Origin: Sulfurovaceae bacterium
Lineage (GTDB): Bacteria; Campylobacterota; Campylobacteria; Campylobacterales; Sulfurovaceae
Assembly: GCA_028715055.1 (NCBI GenBank)
Contig: JAQTLE010000001.1
Location: 486,382 to 550,381 of the forward strand
DNA length: 64,000 nt
Direction: 5' to 3'
Position 1 is the first letter of the stretch, and each line of letters starts with the position of its first letter. Positions 1 through 10,003 of the stretch are shown piece by piece. The position numbers and the translations under genes are program-made. The notes under the pieces were generated by a model that was given only the letters and a program-made list of their open reading frames with translations, ran no database searches and was not told where the DNA came from.

Positions 1-542
1 TTATTGTGTCTAAAAAAATCTCTTACATATTCATACCCAGAATATATAGTAAGAAATACTGCTATCCATAAAATAAGATTTGCAAAAGGCCATTCCATAA
101 GTAAAAAACCTATAGCTATCATTTGTATAACAGTTTTGATTTTTCCCATTAACGATGATGCTATATCCATTCCTTGCGAGACTGCTGAAACTCTTAGACC
201 AGTAATAAAAAGCTCCCTAGTCAGTATGAGATAAATAGCCCAGGGAGATGCGCGATCAAGCATCATAAGCCCAAGAAAACCGGCAAGTGTTAGCATTTTG
301 TCAGCCAGGGGATCAAGTATTTTGCCTAAAGTCGTGATTTGATTAAAAGTTCTGGCTATATATCCATCAAAAAAATCTGTTGCACTAGCAAGAACAAATA
401 TAAATGCAGCTGCATAATCCAACCAGCTATAATGAACATCGCCAAACCAATTACGATCTACTAATAATATAAACATAAGAGGTGCCAAAAAAAGGCGGAT
501 CAGTGCCAAAATATTCGGCACATTAAATATATTTGATTTCAT
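1..542 (-). CDS. pgsA: CDP-diacylglycerol--glycerol-3-phosphate 3-phosphatidyltransferase; the C-terminal end runs off the window start
   Basis: Absent from the ORF track because it is truncated. Reverse-strand ATG at 540-542. Translation begins MKSNIFNVPNILALIRLFLAP and contains the CDP-alcohol phosphatidyltransferase motif DFFDGYIAR (around 350-377). Hydrophobic throughout. Confidence 0.85.
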   Translation of the reverse strand, partial: MKSNIFNVPNILALIRLFLAPLMFILLVDRNWFGDVHYSWLDYAAAFIFVLASATDFFDGYIARTFNQITTLGKILDPLADKMLTLAGFLGLMMLDRASPWAIYLILTRELFITGLRVSAVSQGMDIASSLMGKIKTVIQMIAIGFLLMEWPFANLILWIAVFLTIYSGYEYVRDFFRHN

Positions 543-546
543 ATTT

Positions 547-1323
547 TTATCTAAAAGTAGTTCCACCATCTACGACGATGGTTTGTCCCGTGATCCAACT
601 AGCTTCTTCGGTACAAAGAAAATAAACCGCTCCGGCTATGTCTTCTGGTTGCCCCATTCTATTGAGCGCTGAGCGTTTGACGGTTTCAGCTTTAACTTCT
701 TCATAATTAGTAAATGCTTTAAGCGCATCAGTATCTATTGGACCTCCGCTTACTGCGTTTACTCTGATATTCATTTCCCCCAATTCAACTGCAGCATAAC
801 GGCTCATAGCTTCAACTGCAGCTTTATTTGTTCCGTGTCCAGCATAATTTTCTATGTATATTAGATTGCCCGTGCTTGACATTGTGACAACTGCACCGCC
901 GCCCACTTTTTCCATTCGTTTGGCTGCTTCTTGAGTACCAACTACAAATGCATTTACTGTAGCAGTGTGGATGTTATTTAATCCTTTTGGCTTTAGACGC
1001 ATGAATTTGCCATAACCTCCTACTACCGGACGACCATAAATCATGGCATTGCTTACAAAAAAATCAACTCTGTCAAAATCAGCATCGATTGCTTCAAAAA
1101 GTGGCTTGAATTCATCAGGCTCTAAAATATTAAGTGGATATGATCTGGCTTTGATACCGTATTTACTCTCCCACTCGTTAGCCAGTCCGTTGGCAACCTC
1201 CTCATTGCTATTGTAAGTAAAAGCTATATTTACTCCATTTTTTGCAAATTTCTCAGCTATCGCTTTCCCGATCCCTTTTGTAGCACCTGTAATAACTAAT
1301 GTTTTACCTTTCATATCTGACAT
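547..1323 (-). CDS. fabL: SDR-family enoyl-[ACP] reductase, FabL-like
   Basis: TGATKGIGKAIA Rossmann motif, Y-x6-K catalytic spacing (YAGHGTNK), and a C-terminal NAVSGGPIDTDALK...GQTIVVDGG block closely resembling Bacillus FabL as recalled. Its stop lies 4 nt from the pgsA start. Confidence 0.7.
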   Translation of the reverse strand: MSDMKGKTLVITGATKGIGKAIAEKFAKNGVNIAFTYNSNEEVANGLANEWESKYGIKARSYPLNILEPDEFKPLFEAIDADFDRVDFFVSNAMIYGRPVVGGYGKFMRLKPKGLNNIHTATVNAFVVGTQEAAKRMEKVGGGAVVTMSSTGNLIYIENYAGHGTNKAAVEAMSRYAAVELGEMNIRVNAVSGGPIDTDALKAFTNYEEVKAETVKRSALNRMGQPEDIAGAVYFLCTEEASWITGQTIVVDGGTTFR

Positions 1324-2223
1324 CTATCTCACTCCTACTATTTGATAATTTTTCATTATATTTTCAATGGTTTTCATATTCTCTAAGCTTGGCGCTACAA
1401 GCGGAAGACGATATTCAAGTGTTTCAATAAGTCCTGCTATATACATAGCCGCTTTTATAGGTATAGGATTGCTTTCACAAAAAAGCACTTTATTGATAGG
1501 ATAAAGAGATTCATTGATTGCTCTTGATGTAGCAAAATCACCGCTAAGAGCACTATGTGTTAATTTTGCTTTTAAATCTGGCAATAGATTCGAAGTAACA
1601 GAAGTAATACCTACGCCACCGCTAGCAAGTATTGGAAAATCTATCGTATCATCTCCGCTAAATATAGCTAAGTCCGGACATTTATAACGAAGTTCTATAA
1701 CTTTATCCAATGAGCCGCCGGCTTCTTTTATGCCAAATAAATTTGGGAGTTCGGAAAATAATCTGCTTACGGTATCTGCACTTATATCGACTCCTGTACG
1801 ACCCGGAACATTATAGAGCATGAAAGGAATCTCGACAGCACTAGCTATCGCTTTATAGTGTTGGTATAGACCTTCTTGACTTGGTTTATTATAATATGGG
1901 CTTACTGAAAAAATAGCATCTGCTCCACACAACTGGGCATAGCGGGCGATTTCAATTGCTTCATGAGTTGCATTACTTCCGGCACCTGCCAAGACTTTTG
2001 TGTTCGTGCCTTTACATACTTCTACTGCGATCTCTATACATCTTTTGTCTTCATCATAACTAAGAGTTGCACTCTCTCCGGTAGTACCCACAGGACAAAC
2101 GGCATCGATTCCATTGTCTATTTGTCTTTGTATTAGTTTTGCATATGTAGGTTCATCTATTTTGCCATTTTTAAATGGCGTAATTAGTGCCGTTGTAGCT
2201 CCAACTATGGGATGTTTTCTCAT
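1324..2223 (-). CDS. dapA: 4-hydroxy-tetrahydrodipicolinate synthase
   Basis: VGTTGESATLS motif and Schiff-base lysine context FGIKEAGG. 299 aa. Abuts fabL with no gap. Confidence 0.95.
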   Translation of the reverse strand: MRKHPIVGATTALITPFKNGKIDEPTYAKLIQRQIDNGIDAVCPVGTTGESATLSYDEDKRCIEIAVEVCKGTNTKVLAGAGSNATHEAIEIARYAQLCGADAIFSVSPYYNKPSQEGLYQHYKAIASAVEIPFMLYNVPGRTGVDISADTVSRLFSELPNLFGIKEAGGSLDKVIELRYKCPDLAIFSGDDTIDFPILASGGVGITSVTSNLLPDLKAKLTHSALSGDFATSRAINESLYPINKVLFCESNPIPIKAAMYIAGLIETLEYRLPLVAPSLENMKTIENIMKNYQIVGVR

Positions 2224-3539
2224 TTATGTTTCCTTAAGATGACTGTCGTAGAATGATTATTGTCAAAATATTTATTTGCTATGTCTTTTATATCTTTTGG
2301 CGTTATTTTATCTAATTTCTCTTCATAATGAAGCAATGGTTCGATATCTCCCATAGCATAATAGTCTCCAAATAATTCAGCTACAGAACTAGAACCCTCT
2401 AATGAATATATAAATTCTGCTTTTATATTTATTTTGGCACGATCAAGTTCGGACATAGTTATGCCGTCTTTTTTAATTTTGTCAAGTTCGGCTAATATCT
2501 CTTTTTCTGCCTTTTCCGGTTTTATTCCATCACTGCAAAGCCCCATGATCAAAAATACGCCAGGATCTTTAAGTTCCATGTTATATGCGGATATTTGATC
2601 AAATAATTTCTTTTTATCTACAAGCTGGCTATCAAATCTACTGCTTTTGCCGCCACTTAAAATTTGACTGATCACACCAAGTGCTACTTGATCTTTATCA
2701 GCAAAATTTGGGATGCTGTATGCTATAGCTATGGTATTTACTTGATTGCTTTCTTTTTCAAGTATTGCTCTTTTTGCGCCGTCATTCTTCGGTTCAATTG
2801 CTTTTACGATCGGAACATCATGTTTGTTTTTTATTTTGCCAAATATTTTTTCGGCATTATCAAATACATCTTGCGGTTTGACATCTCCGGCTACAATAAG
2901 TATGGCATTGCTTGGTTGGTAATATTTTTCGTAAAATTCTCTAATATCTTCTATTTTCCAAGACTGTATATCTTCCATAAATCCTATAGGAAGCCAATGA
3001 TAAGGATGATAGGTATAATGAATATTAAAAATTCTAAAATAAAGATATCCCATTGGATTATTATCTGTTCTAAGGCGTCTTTCTTCGGCAACTACATCTC
3101 TTTCTTTTTGAAATTCATCATCCTTTAGAGATAGATTATGCATAAGTTCTGCGAACAATTCAAGCGATTTAGTTAGATTTCTATTGGATGTTTTTATATA
3201 ATAATTTGTTTTATCAAAACCGGTAGAAGCATTATTTACGCCACCGCCTTTTTTGACTATGGTATCAAAGTCTCCGGCAGCTAAATTTTTAGTAGATTTA
3301 AAACTGAGGTGTTCAAGCATATGTGCCATACCCGTATGCCCAAGTATTTCATTTCTGCTGCCTACTTTATAATAAATATTTGTTGTGATAACCCCCGAAT
3401 CATTGTGCATCGGTATTGCAACTATCTGCATTCCGTTATCTAATGTTTTTGTAAAATGCTGCGGCAATGAATTTGCCATAATTACTCCTATCCATCCCAT
3501 CCATACTATGAGAATCAGTTTAATTTTTAAGCTTTGCAA
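2220..3539 (-). CDS. M16 (pitrilysin) family zinc protease, secreted
   Basis: Inverted zinc motif HMLEH (HxxEH). N-terminal hydrophobic signal-like segment. TTG start that overlaps the pyrD end. 4-nt overlap with dapA. Confidence 0.85.
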   Translation of the reverse strand: MQSLKIKLILIVWMGWIGVIMANSLPQHFTKTLDNGMQIVAIPMHNDSGVITTNIYYKVGSRNEILGHTGMAHMLEHLSFKSTKNLAAGDFDTIVKKGGGVNNASTGFDKTNYYIKTSNRNLTKSLELFAELMHNLSLKDDEFQKERDVVAEERRLRTDNNPMGYLYFRIFNIHYTYHPYHWLPIGFMEDIQSWKIEDIREFYEKYYQPSNAILIVAGDVKPQDVFDNAEKIFGKIKNKHDVPIVKAIEPKNDGAKRAILEKESNQVNTIAIAYSIPNFADKDQVALGVISQILSGGKSSRFDSQLVDKKKLFDQISAYNMELKDPGVFLIMGLCSDGIKPEKAEKEILAELDKIKKDGITMSELDRAKINIKAEFIYSLEGSSSVAELFGDYYAMGDIEPLLHYEEKLDKITPKDIKDIANKYFDNNHSTTVILRKHK

Positions 3540-4606
3540 TTTGCACCTATAGCTTGAGATATATGAGTATATCCATCTTTTTTTAATAACTCTATAAGAC
3601 CAGTATTTATATCTTTAGCCAAACTCGGACCTTTATATATAAGCATAGTGTATACCTGTATCAAAGATGCTCCATCTTTAATGCGTTCATATGCCTCTTT
3701 GGCACTATCTATGCCGCCAACAGATATAAGCAAAGTCTTGTCATAAAATTCTTTTCCGAGAGCTTTAAACAATATTCTACTTTTTTCTTTCAAAAGTTCT
3801 CCGCTGATCCCACCAAAATTTTTGGCATGAGGTGTGAGACTATAATCAATAGTGGTATTGGTGGCAATAATTCCGCTCGCACCTGCATTTACGGCAACCT
3901 TGCACAAAGCAATAGCGTCTTCACTGCTCATATCCGGAGCGATTTTGAGCAGTATCGGCTTTGTTGTAATGCTTTTTGCCATGGTAAAGAGCGAAGTTAT
4001 AAATTTTTCATTTTGTAGATTTCGCAAACCAGGCGTATTTGGAGAAGAGATATTTATAACTATATAATCTCCAAAACCGCCAAGATGTTTAATGAGGATT
4101 TCGTAATCACCCAAGGCATCTTCTTCGCTTGTAGTTTTGTTTTTGCCTATATTTATACCAATTGGATATGTGGAGTTGGAATAGTTTTTGAGTTTGGCTG
4201 ACATAGCTTCCATGCCGTGATTATTAAATCCCATAGCATTTTGTATGGAGTTATCTTCTATCAGACGAAAAAGTCTTGGTTTAGGATTACCGTTTTGGGG
4301 TTTTGGTGTTACTGTGCCGATTTCCGTAAATCCAAACCCCAAAGCCTTCATAGTTTCTATATGGTCTCCATCTTTGTCAAAACCTGCACCTAGTCCTATA
4401 GGATTATCAAACGTTTTTCCAAAAAATTCCTGAGAAAGAATAGGATCTTTTATAACAAACAATTTGGTAAGTATAGTTTGCAGGAGGGATGATCTTTCTA
4501 CCATTCTAAGTGCGAAATTAGCTAAACTATGCGCATTTTCCGGATCTAATTTAAATAATAATTTTTTAAGATTTTCATACGAAATAAATTGCAATAAATA
4601 CTCCAC
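3527..4606 (-). CDS. pyrD: dihydroorotate dehydrogenase (quinone), class 2
   Basis: GLGAGFDK, GFNNHG and NISSPNTPGLR motifs. 359 aa. Confidence 0.93.
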   Translation of the reverse strand: MEYLLQFISYENLKKLLFKLDPENAHSLANFALRMVERSSLLQTILTKLFVIKDPILSQEFFGKTFDNPIGLGAGFDKDGDHIETMKALGFGFTEIGTVTPKPQNGNPKPRLFRLIEDNSIQNAMGFNNHGMEAMSAKLKNYSNSTYPIGINIGKNKTTSEEDALGDYEILIKHLGGFGDYIVINISSPNTPGLRNLQNEKFITSLFTMAKSITTKPILLKIAPDMSSEDAIALCKVAVNAGASGIIATNTTIDYSLTPHAKNFGGISGELLKEKSRILFKALGKEFYDKTLLISVGGIDSAKEAYERIKDGASLIQVYTMLIYKGPSLAKDINTGLIELLKKDGYTHISQAIGANCKA

Positions 4607-4655
4607 TGTAAATATGCAATAGTATATCCAAAACTCACTAAGAGCACAATAATTG

Positions 4656-6380
4656 TTACTTTTTTAGTGACGATATAAGTCTTTGGTATCCCTCGCATGA
4701 TGAGCCAAGTTCTTCATGAGTCCCCTGGCAAACTATTTGACCGCTTTGAAAATAAAATATAGTATCGGCATTTTGAATGCTGCTTAGTCTATGTGCTACT
4801 GCTATAGTGATCATCTCATTTTTCAACTCAGCTATAGCATCCTTGATCTTTTTCTCGCTTATATTATCAAGTGCTGATGTAGCTTCATCCAATATTAAAA
4901 CATCGGGGTTTTTGTATAATGCTCGAGCTAGTGCGATCCGTTGTTTTTGTCCGCCTGATAGGTTTGATCCTCTTTGAGCTAAAACTGTATTTATCCCATT
5001 TGATAGTTTTGATACGAAATCATAAGCATGAGCTTTTTTGAGAGCTTCGATTACTCTGGTTTCATCTACCTCTTTTCCATAAGCTATATTGGCTGCGATC
5101 GTATCATTAAAAATCATAATGTGTTGTGTAACATAAGCTATCTTATCGTGCAATGATTCCAAAGTAAAGCTATTTATATTTTGATTGTTTATAAGTATTT
5201 GACCGTTAGTAGGATCATAAAATCTGACAAGCAGATTGACAAGCGAGCTTTTGCCCGCCCCGCTATCGCCTACAAGAGCATAAAAATTGCCTTTTTTCAA
5301 TTTTAGAGATACATTTTTTAAGGCTTCATGTTTGCCATAAGACAAATATACATTTTGTATAGAGATTGAATGCACGGCTTCTTTTAATACAGTTTCTCCA
5401 CCTTGGATACTCGGGGTGAGATTAAATAATTCCATAATTCTTTCATTGGCAGTTACAGCGTCTTGTGCTCTATTGTAAAGTCCAGATAATCTACGCATAG
5501 GATCATAGAGCATAAAAAGTGCGGCACTAAAAGAAAAAAAGCTCCCCACAGTCATATTGCCATTTATGACTTCCATGCCCCCAACATATACGACTACACC
5601 TATGGCCAATGCTCCCAAAAGCTCCATGACCGGAGATGTAAGGGCGTTCACTTTTGTTTGTTTCATAATATATTTAAAAACAGTCATATTATCTAAAACA
5701 AATCTTTTTTGTTCAAACTTCTGAGAAGAGTTAGATTTTATCACTTCTATATTTGAAAATACCTCTTCGAGCCTTTCTGTCAAATCTGCTGTGCTCTCTT
5801 GTGAGAGCCTGGAATATCTCCGCATCTTTTTGGTAAGTTTTGATAATGGAAATATAGCTAACGGCATGATAACAAGAAAATAAAATGCTAGTTTTGGACT
5901 TTGGAATATAACATAACCGGCAAGTGCTACAGTCGTTAGAGCTTCTCTTATAAGCTCCGGTATGATATTAGAAACCACTCCTTGTATGCGTGAAATGTCA
6001 TTTGTGATACGTGACAGAAGTTCACCGGAATGCCTTTTACGAAAAAAATCAATATCCAAATATGTTATATGAAATAGCAATCTTTCTCTAAGTTTTTTTA
6101 TAACATCTTGTCCTATATGCGCTGTGTAATAAGTTTGAATATAGCGACCTACGCCTTTTAAAGCAAATACAAACACCAATGCAAAAGGCACAATAAGCAG
6201 CATGTGTTGGTCTTTTTTGATGAAAATGTCATCCATTATAGGCTTTATTATTTGAGCGGTTCCAGCCGTACCTGCTGCAACAGCTAACATTCCTAATATT
6301 GCAAATGTAAATTCTCTTTTATAGTCTTTAAAATAAGGCAAGTATTGTTTTAGTAGTTTTTTCAAGAAAGTTTCTCCCAA
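4656..6380 (-). CDS. msbA: ABC transporter, fused permease/ATPase, MsbA-like lipid exporter
   Basis: Six-TM N-terminal half. Walker A GDSGAGKSS, ABC signature LSGGQKQR and Walker B LILDEATSALD. Confidence 0.75.
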   Translation of the reverse strand: MGETFLKKLLKQYLPYFKDYKREFTFAILGMLAVAAGTAGTAQIIKPIMDDIFIKKDQHMLLIVPFALVFVFALKGVGRYIQTYYTAHIGQDVIKKLRERLLFHITYLDIDFFRKRHSGELLSRITNDISRIQGVVSNIIPELIREALTTVALAGYVIFQSPKLAFYFLVIMPLAIFPLSKLTKKMRRYSRLSQESTADLTERLEEVFSNIEVIKSNSSQKFEQKRFVLDNMTVFKYIMKQTKVNALTSPVMELLGALAIGVVVYVGGMEVINGNMTVGSFFSFSAALFMLYDPMRRLSGLYNRAQDAVTANERIMELFNLTPSIQGGETVLKEAVHSISIQNVYLSYGKHEALKNVSLKLKKGNFYALVGDSGAGKSSLVNLLVRFYDPTNGQILINNQNINSFTLESLHDKIAYVTQHIMIFNDTIAANIAYGKEVDETRVIEALKKAHAYDFVSKLSNGINTVLAQRGSNLSGGQKQRIALARALYKNPDVLILDEATSALDNISEKKIKDAIAELKNEMITIAVAHRLSSIQNADTIFYFQSGQIVCQGTHEELGSSCEGYQRLISSLKK

Positions 6381-7759
6381 AGAGTTCCGTTAGCTGTATC
6401 CATGATGCTTATATCCATGTTGTTTAATTGATCGCGTATTTGGTCAGCCAATGCAAAATCTTTTTGTTTTTTGGCTTCACTTCTTTGTTGAATCAGCATT
6501 TCTATTTGTTTTTTTGATTCTTCATCTATTCCTAACTGGAAGTACGAAAATGGTTCTTTTGCTCCAAAACCAAGCAATGTATTGATAAATTCGATATTTC
6601 CCGTGATCTCTTTTTTAAGATTTTTGTCATTCGAATTAGAATCAAGAGCTTCATTTGATTTTGTTATCATATCATCAATTACACTCAAGGCAACTGATAT
6701 GTTAAGATCGTCTTGCATGGCATTTAACAAAACTGATTTGAATTCATTATTTGGTACGCCTGGTGTGGAGCCGATAAGTCGTTTTTTGAGACGATATAGT
6801 TTGTCAAGCCTTTTTTTGGATTGAAGTAAGTCTATCTCGTTAAAGTTAAAGTCATTACGATAGTGTATGCTTGTTAGATAAAATCTTAGGATCTCTCCAT
6901 CGTAAGCTTTTAATGCATCTTTTAAAAAGAAGCTATTACCTAAGCTTTTACTCATTTTTTCACCGTCTACCTGCACAAAACCATTGTGCATCCAATATTT
7001 AGATAGTTCATGTCCTGTTGCGCACCTGCTTTGACTTGCTTCATTTTCATGGTGAGGAAACAACAGATCAGCTCCGCCTCCATGAATATCTATGCTATAT
7101 TCATCCGTACCATTCGCATATTTGGCTATCATAGCTGAACATTCTATATGCCATCCTGGCCTTCCTCTGCTAAATTTTGTATCGAAGCATACGGTGTCAC
7201 TCTTGTCGCAAGCCTTCCAAAGAGCAAAATCCTTTTGATTTTTCTTCTCTAAGATATGCTCTATGCGACTTATCGTATCATCATTTACTTTTTTGGATAA
7301 GCTTCCGTAAAGTTTATCTTTTGAGGTATCAAAATATACATCTCCGTTTGAAATCTGATATGCATATCCTTTTGAGATAAGGGTGTTTATCATGTTTTCT
7401 ATGGCGTCTATGGATTCAGTGGCTTTTGGTGATATAGTAGGGTTCATTACGCCAAGAGCATCCATATCTTCTGTATAACGATGGGTATAAAAATCAGTAA
7501 TTTCATGTAGACTTTTGCCGGTTTGCTGCATCTTAGCAATAATCTTGTCGTCAACATCTGTAATATTGCGGATAAATACAACTTCATAACCATCAGCACG
7601 AAGCGCACGAGCAAGCAGATCAAAGCTGAGCGCACTTCTGGCATGACCCAGATGTGCATCGTCGTACACCGTAGGACCGCAAACATAAAGCGTGACTTTT
7701 CCTGGTTGTATAGGCTCAAACTTTAATTTTGTTTTTTGGATGCTGTCATAAATATACAT
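6362..7759 (-). CDS. cysS: cysteine--tRNA ligase
   Basis: HIGH-type motif (AHLGHARS) and KMSKS motif. 465 aa. Confidence 0.95.
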   Translation of the reverse strand: MYIYDSIQKTKLKFEPIQPGKVTLYVCGPTVYDDAHLGHARSALSFDLLARALRADGYEVVFIRNITDVDDKIIAKMQQTGKSLHEITDFYTHRYTEDMDALGVMNPTISPKATESIDAIENMINTLISKGYAYQISNGDVYFDTSKDKLYGSLSKKVNDDTISRIEHILEKKNQKDFALWKACDKSDTVCFDTKFSRGRPGWHIECSAMIAKYANGTDEYSIDIHGGGADLLFPHHENEASQSRCATGHELSKYWMHNGFVQVDGEKMSKSLGNSFFLKDALKAYDGEILRFYLTSIHYRNDFNFNEIDLLQSKKRLDKLYRLKKRLIGSTPGVPNNEFKSVLLNAMQDDLNISVALSVIDDMITKSNEALDSNSNDKNLKKEITGNIEFINTLLGFGAKEPFSYFQLGIDEESKKQIEMLIQQRSEAKKQKDFALADQIRDQLNNMDISIMDTANGTLWEKLS

Positions 7760-7766
7760 ATCGTTC

Positions 7767-9182
7767 CTATCGGATAAAATGGATTAAAAATTGATTAATA
7801 AAGTATAGTATTGTACCAAAAAATATCATACCGCCTGCAAATATAGGTGTATTCTTGGATCTTAAAATTTCCAATAATTTGTCAAATCCAACTTCTTTAA
7901 CAGTAAGAACAAGTTGTGCAAATCCGCCTATGCTTCCAGATAGCGCAAGACCGGCAGCACCCATTTTTTGCATCAGAAGAAGAGAAAAAATAATATTTAT
8001 AACAAGAGAAATCACGGCTATTTTTGCAGCTTTTAGATGTTTGTGCATAGCATATAGATACAATGAAAAAAGTTTTGCAAGACCAAAAGGAATAAGCCCT
8101 ATCATATACATTTCAAGTACAAATGCAGTGTTTTTTGTATCTTGGATATCAAAATTTCCTCTTTCAAAAAGCAGCCAAACGATAGGTTCACTTAGCAGTA
8201 TCCCACCAAGTACGCTGATTCCTAAAAGTATCATGAGAAGCCAAAAGGCTTTTTCCAGATTGCCGAAGGCCAAAGTTTGATTGTTGTTTTTTATTGCTTT
8301 TGAAATAGCAGGGAAAAGAGCTGTCGTAATAGCAAGAGCAATTATGGCAAACGGAAGTTGAAAAACCCTATTTGCGTAAAATAAATAACTCACAGATCCG
8401 GCAGCCAAAAACGATGCCAAGCTTGTATCTATAAATGAAGCCACTTGTGCAGTTGAGTTTCCTAAAACTGATGGCAAAAATAATTTGTTGAATTTTGATT
8501 CTTCTTCTTTGACATCTTTTGCTTTTCTATATTTCCATCCGCCTATAAGCAATTTGGAAAGTCCGCTTTTTTGTATGGTAAATATATGTGTAATTACTTG
8601 TAAAATACCACCTACAAGTATAGAAAAGCTAAGGGCGTAGACTATGGTTTGAGGACTGCTTTTGGCATAATACATAAGAGCTGCTATCATTGCGATATTC
8701 AGCCATACGGTTGAAAATGCAGTAGTAAAAAAATGTTCTTTATGCTGTAAGACGGTTCCTAGAAATGTGACTATGAAGATCAGATCCAAATACCAAAAGT
8801 TTATTACCGTCAAAGGAGCTGTTTTACTTATAAGATCAGTGCCCCAATCCCATGCAAGTGCTTTAGTAAAAGTTTCGGGGAAAAGCGTGACAATCAGTGA
8901 AAATGCAACAATGATAAATGAAAATCTTATAAAAATCGCGACTGCAAATACGCCTTTTTGACGTGAAGCTACATATGAGGGCATAAAGCTTTGGGTGAAT
9001 GAACCTTCGGCAAATATTCTACGAAAAAGATTTGGAAATTTAAATGCCATAAAAAATACATCACTCCATACACCTGCACCCAAAATAGAAGTCATCATGA
9101 TATCTCTTATAAGTCCGGTTATGCGAGAGAGAAGTATGCCAGAAGAATTAGAAAAAATTGATTTAAATCTCATATTGCTCAC
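7767..9182 (-). CDS. murJ: lipid II flippase MurJ (MviN)
   Basis: 471-aa polytopic MOP-superfamily protein. N-terminus SRITGLIRD...FFMAFKFPNLFRRIFAEGSF is typical of MurJ. Confidence 0.9.
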   Translation of the reverse strand: MSNMRFKSIFSNSSGILLSRITGLIRDIMMTSILGAGVWSDVFFMAFKFPNLFRRIFAEGSFTQSFMPSYVASRQKGVFAVAIFIRFSFIIVAFSLIVTLFPETFTKALAWDWGTDLISKTAPLTVINFWYLDLIFIVTFLGTVLQHKEHFFTTAFSTVWLNIAMIAALMYYAKSSPQTIVYALSFSILVGGILQVITHIFTIQKSGLSKLLIGGWKYRKAKDVKEEESKFNKLFLPSVLGNSTAQVASFIDTSLASFLAAGSVSYLFYANRVFQLPFAIIALAITTALFPAISKAIKNNNQTLAFGNLEKAFWLLMILLGISVLGGILLSEPIVWLLFERGNFDIQDTKNTAFVLEMYMIGLIPFGLAKLFSLYLYAMHKHLKAAKIAVISLVINIIFSLLLMQKMGAAGLALSGSIGGFAQLVLTVKEVGFDKLLEILRSKNTPIFAGGMIFFGTILYFINQFLIHFIR

Positions 9183-9287
9183 TAATAATTAAATTAAACG
9201 GGATTATATCAAAAATAACCATTAGCTTTACAACAGAGCAAATTCCATTTCATTTTGACATATTTTTTTATCCTTTTTTTGAGATTT

Positions 9288-9296
9288 TGATATACT
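9288..9296 (+). promoter_or_regulatory. extended -10 promoter element (TGaTATACT) for ruvA
   Basis: TGnTAnAnT-type element 29 nt upstream of the ruvA ATG. GGAG Shine-Dalgarno at 9314-9317. Confidence 0.35.
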
Positions 9297-9324
9297 CACA
9301 AAAAAAATACAACGGAGTTGTCAA

Positions 9325-9882
9325 ATGATAGTCGGTATTCAAGGAATAATTGAGCACAAAGAACCTACGCTGCTACATATTAACAATAATGGACTTATAT
9401 ATGAAGTACTTGTATCACTCCATACCACTCAAATCATAGACTCCAAAGAAGTGAAGCTTTTTGCTACGCAGATCATCCGAGAAGACGCCCATTTACTTTT
9501 TGGTTTCGCATCTAAGGATGAGAAAAAGATGTTTGATACACTTCTTAGAATAAATGGCATAGGTCCAAAAGTAGCCTTGGCAATATGTTCTACATTTTCA
9601 CCTGATACATTTGCCAAGGTTATAAATTCAAAAGATGTTTCAATGCTCAAACGAGTTCCGGGGATCGGACCGAAAGCCGCTAGCAGATTATTAGTTGAAT
9701 TAGCCGATTTTATTGTTGATAGTTCTAGTAGCGACAATACTAGCAGCTCAATGGGTGAAGCTGTTATGGCACTTGAAAGCTTAGGGTTCAAAAAAGATGA
9801 GATACGAAAAGCATTGAGCGGAAGCACCGGAGATACTGCCACATTGGTCAAAGAGGGGCTTAAAAAGCTTCAAAGATTATAA
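9325..9882 (+). CDS. ruvA: Holliday junction branch migration complex subunit RuvA
   Basis: Two helix-hairpin-helix motifs ([12 protein letters not shown] and [12 protein letters not shown]). 185 aa. Confidence 0.95.
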   Translation: MIVGIQGIIEHKEPTLLHINNNGLIYEVLVSLHTTQIIDSKEVKLFATQIIREDAHLLFGFASKDEKKMFDTLLRINGIGPKVALAICSTFSPDTFAKVINSKDVSMLKRVPGIGPKAASRLLVELADFIVDSSSSDNTSSSMGEAVMALESLGFKKDEIRKALSGSTGDTATLVKEGLKKLQRL

Positions 9883-9967
9883 TCTTTATAAATGCCTTAT
9901 ATTTTGTTTGTTTTTTTGCTTTGTTTTATTTGACAACAACCAAAAGGTTGCGTTATTAAGATTTGTT

Positions 9968-9976
9968 TGTTATAAT
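9968..9976 (+). promoter_or_regulatory. extended -10 promoter element (TGtTATAAT) for the ClC gene
   Basis: Perfect TGnTATAAT 28 nt upstream of the ATG at 10004. This argues against the TTG at 9908 used by the ORF track. Confidence 0.4.
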
Positions 9977-10003
9977 TTTTATAGCTCAAAAATAAGTTTG
10001 ACA

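Noticed and set aside
9883-10003. Possible fluoride (crcB-motif) riboswitch upstream of the ClC gene.
   Set aside because: I found no GATGG...CC pseudoknot-type elements in the leader. The ClC protein has the canonical chloride-type GSGIP/GREGP/GxFxP motifs rather than ClC-F features. An extended -10 at 9968-9976 leaves only a leader of about 20 nt.
9908-10003. N-terminal 32-codon extension of the ClC ORF from a TTG start.
   Set aside because: It lies upstream of the best promoter element, has odd composition (MFFCFVLFDNNQ...), and is not needed for the ClC fold. The ATG at 10004 is preferred.
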